Part shown: in pieces, positions 58,984-64,000 of the stretch
Numbering within the stretch: position 1 is the stretch's first letter
Layout of the letters: each line of letters opens with the position of its first letter
Assembly (NCBI GenBank): GCA_963693365.1
Contig: CAVNZM010000005.1
Coordinates: 9,466,334-9,530,333, forward strand
Origin: Amoebidium appalachense
Lineage: Eukaryota > Protista > Ichthyosporea
DNA: 64,000 nucleotides
Direction of reading: 5' to 3'
Position numbers and translations under genes: made by a program
The notes under the pieces: generated by a model
Told to the model about the DNA's origin: nothing
What the model saw: only the letters and a program-made list of their open reading frames with translations
Database searches by the model: none

Positions 58984-59764
58984 TTAGAACCAGCCCTTTG
59001 ATTTTTCAGCCCGTGCCTTTTCCAAAATGGGAAGCAGTGCGGCCTTCTGTTCGTAGCTGTCCGGGACCAGACCGACTATTTCAATCACCAACTCCATAGA
59101 CTTGTCCACTGCCACTTCAAGATCCTTCTCCATGAAAAGATCATTCACTCGTTGCAAAAGATCCCTGGGTATGATCGTGAGGCGGCTTACCTCTGGCTTA
59201 AACCATTTGAAGTCCGGTTCATACTGCTTATATATCGAGAGAACCCTCTCGAGCAATCTAGAAAGACGGCCGTAAAAGGTGAGCACCGCACCCCTCTCAG
59301 CCAGGGAATAGTTCGTGATGGTGGGTGCATCCCAGTTGAGAAAAAGCATGTTCAAATATCGCAGATTTTCTTTGATGAGCTTGTCGCCATGTTTTTCTGG
59401 GTAGATGGCCACCGCTCTCTTGTGTTCCAGAAGCCGATCGATCTTTTCACCCCCCAGAGGTATACAGTGAAGGATAGTCCACGCAAGCACCACCCCAAAG
59501 GGGGGTTTTGCCTCCCCCTCCCTTATCTCTTCCAAAGTCTTTTCGAGAGAGGCGAAAGTTTGCCAACACATCTCAACGAGGAATCCATCTTCACGGTAGG
59601 CCATTAGCGCAACGATGCCCTCATATTTTCGAACGAGGTCTCCTGGACGAAGACCGAGAGACTTTTGCCATTGTTGGTAGACCTCAGCCTGGATCGTAAC
59701 CGTGTTAAACTTTTGACAGGATTTTTTAGGGGGGGCCAAGGGAGGGGGAGGGGAGGCGGGCAGT

Positions 59765-59810
<46 letters not shown>

Positions 59811-60361
59811 AGGGGAAGCGGGAGGAGGGGGGGATAGGGGAGGGAGGCGGATATTGATAAACAAGACGGCTAGAGGTCCATCATTGCACAGAAGACTGCA
59901 AATATATCTCTATTTGAATTACTTTTCTAGTATTAAGAAGACGCATAAGAAGGACAAAACTCATTGCCCTAAGCTGCATGGAGTGCCTCGTCTTTGCTAT
60001 CATTAAACTAGAACCTATCACTAGCACAACTCTTCACTCACGTGCCGCACGCATAACACAACCAGTCGAAACCGAACATAAGCTAACACCTGTGCGCACT
60101 GAAACTTTGAAACACACCTACACGTGTGATGGATGCAAAGAGAAAGAGCCATTTGAGTATTGGCATATGTGCGCGGGGTGACCATGGTACACGCATACAC
60201 CTACATAAATAAAGAATCAGCCATGTTTTTACACAGACGCGTGCATGTAGCCCATCTGGCCCATCTCCCTCACTCTCCTCCTCGCTCCCTAACCACCCTC
60301 CCGCGGACACCACCTCCATCACCAGACACACAGGGTCTCCCATCACTCCCCCGGCCTACAG

Positions 60362-60392
<31 letters not shown>

Positions 60393-60678
60393 CCCCCCTC
60401 CCTCCTCCCCTCCCCGCCCCGGCAGAATTCCCCACCCAAATGTATAGCCCCCACACCACACACACACGTAAATACACGCAGAAACACACCTCTTGCAAGC
60501 TCTCGCACCAGAAGTTTATTTCCACATCGGAGAATCTGTCGGCAACCCCCCTGGAGGCCGACCCCGTAACGGCAATGGCACCGGCAAGGTCTGGGGGGCA
60601 GGCATGCGCATATTCTTGCGCAAGTTCAACCAGCTCTTGGCTGCGCTTGGTGGCATTGGGAGGGAGTGTGGGTGTCAT
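58984..60678 (-). CDS. Bacterial-type Pol-beta superfamily nucleotidyltransferase with helical C-terminal domain (DUF4037/KNTase-C-like); about 297 aa
   Basis: Exons 60490-60678 and 58984-59688 (phase-0 GT-AG intron). NTase motif IAVTGSASRGVADRFSDVEINFW, third acidic residue in FLVEMCW, and C-terminal QYEPDFKWF...LTIIPRDLLQRVNDLF. Confidence 0.75.
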
Positions 60679-61193
60679 GTTGACAAAATGTGTGACCACT
60701 AATTCTGAGAAGCTTCAACTGGCCGAGATCTTGAACGGTACGCGTGCGTGTGAAGGCGCTGTTCAAATGGAGGAGTGCGTAACGAGATGCTATAGGAAAG
60801 TGTGAGTGGCTGGCGTGCTTTTGTTGGTTTTTCTTGTGCGTGTATATTATTGTGGAGGTGCAACTAAACACACGTACGCATGTATTGTGGTTGTCTGCAA
60901 CTCAGCTGAGAGTTTCTTCTAGATCTCGAAAAGTTTTCTTTTTGCTTTTGCGCGGAGGGCGTTTTGCGCCTTGAAGGTGTAAACAATAGATCTAGATTTA
61001 ACATTTGTATCTGATTGGGGCGTTGATGAACCATAACTAGTTATCGATACTCAACGCTGGTTGGCTACACCTTGCTCTGCTACTGCACCATCGGCATCAA
61101 CCCTGGTACGGTCCCGATGATGAAAATGTGAGAATGGCAACACGAAAGTGACATGGTAATGGTCTAGCATGCACACAGACACCAGACAGTAGG

Positions 61194-61233
<40 letters not shown>

Positions 61234-61270
61234 ATGTGTGCGCGCGTGGGTGTGTGTGCGTGTGTGTGGA

Positions 61271-61321
<51 letters not shown>

Positions 61322-61324
<3 letters not shown>

Positions 61325-61397
61325 TGAATGCGGAACACGGTACGAAGTACGCATACACGATGAGAAGCATGGTGCAGGACACATGCAAAGGCAAACA
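61322..61397 (-). mobile_element. 5'-truncated copy of the ~170-bp repeat
   Basis: Matches 25799-25874. Poly-G on both sides. Confidence 0.75.
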
Positions 61398-61746
61398 GGG
61401 GGGGGGGGGGGGGGGTTAATGCATTTGGATAACTGAGGTGCGCGCAATGCGGGGCTGAAAATCAAACGCAATATATCGGGCCATGGGCGGCTAATCCAAG
61501 ACAGTTTTTATATCTTTATTTACTACTATCCACTTCACATTGAATTTCTCACAAATTTCAGCCAAAACTACCCCATATAAAGTCCAAACATCTGAAAACC
61601 CGCGCAATTCGATTATTTCCATTGCTCATATTCCAACAAGGCTACCGGCAACCACCCCAAATATGTCACCATAATATTCACGTCTACGTGTCCATATCCA
61701 CGATCTATTAATGGCCCGTGCTGCTATTTTAGACCTATGGGCCCTC

Positions 61747-64000
<2,254 letters not shown>

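Noticed and set aside
59152-59607. 151-aa plus-strand ORF
   Set aside because: Antisense shadow of the nucleotidyltransferase exon.

Overview
Eukaryotic genomic DNA, probably from a unicellular opisthokont or other protist (inferred only from the ARP2 sequence and gene architecture). Short exons are separated by introns packed with poly-C/poly-G, (CA)n and (CT)n tracts, so almost all ORFs in the supplied track are repeat artefacts. Manual splicing (GT-AG, phase-checked) gives eight genes. (1,2) Two tandem paralogous SET-domain genes (+, <1-6777 and ~11004-19822). (3) A 17-exon minus-strand gene encoding an ISN1-type IMP 5'-nucleotidase fold with degenerate catalytic motifs, fused to a C-terminal CBM20 starch/glycogen-binding module (21126-38667); this is the most unusual item. 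(4) A 2-exon PP1-docking (RVxW, Phactr/Bni4-like) protein. (5) A 9-exon trehalase/MGH1-like (alpha/alpha)6 glycoside hydrolase of bacterial type. (6) An intronless orphan ORF. (7) A 2-exon bacterial-type Pol-beta nucleotidyltransferase. (8) The 3' part of ARP2. Also present: MITE-like insertions, a 22-bp palindrome with a 7-bp direct repeat, a dispersed poly-C-tailed repeat family always oriented with the host or flanking genes, and several minisatellites. No database searches were run; family calls come from recognised motifs.
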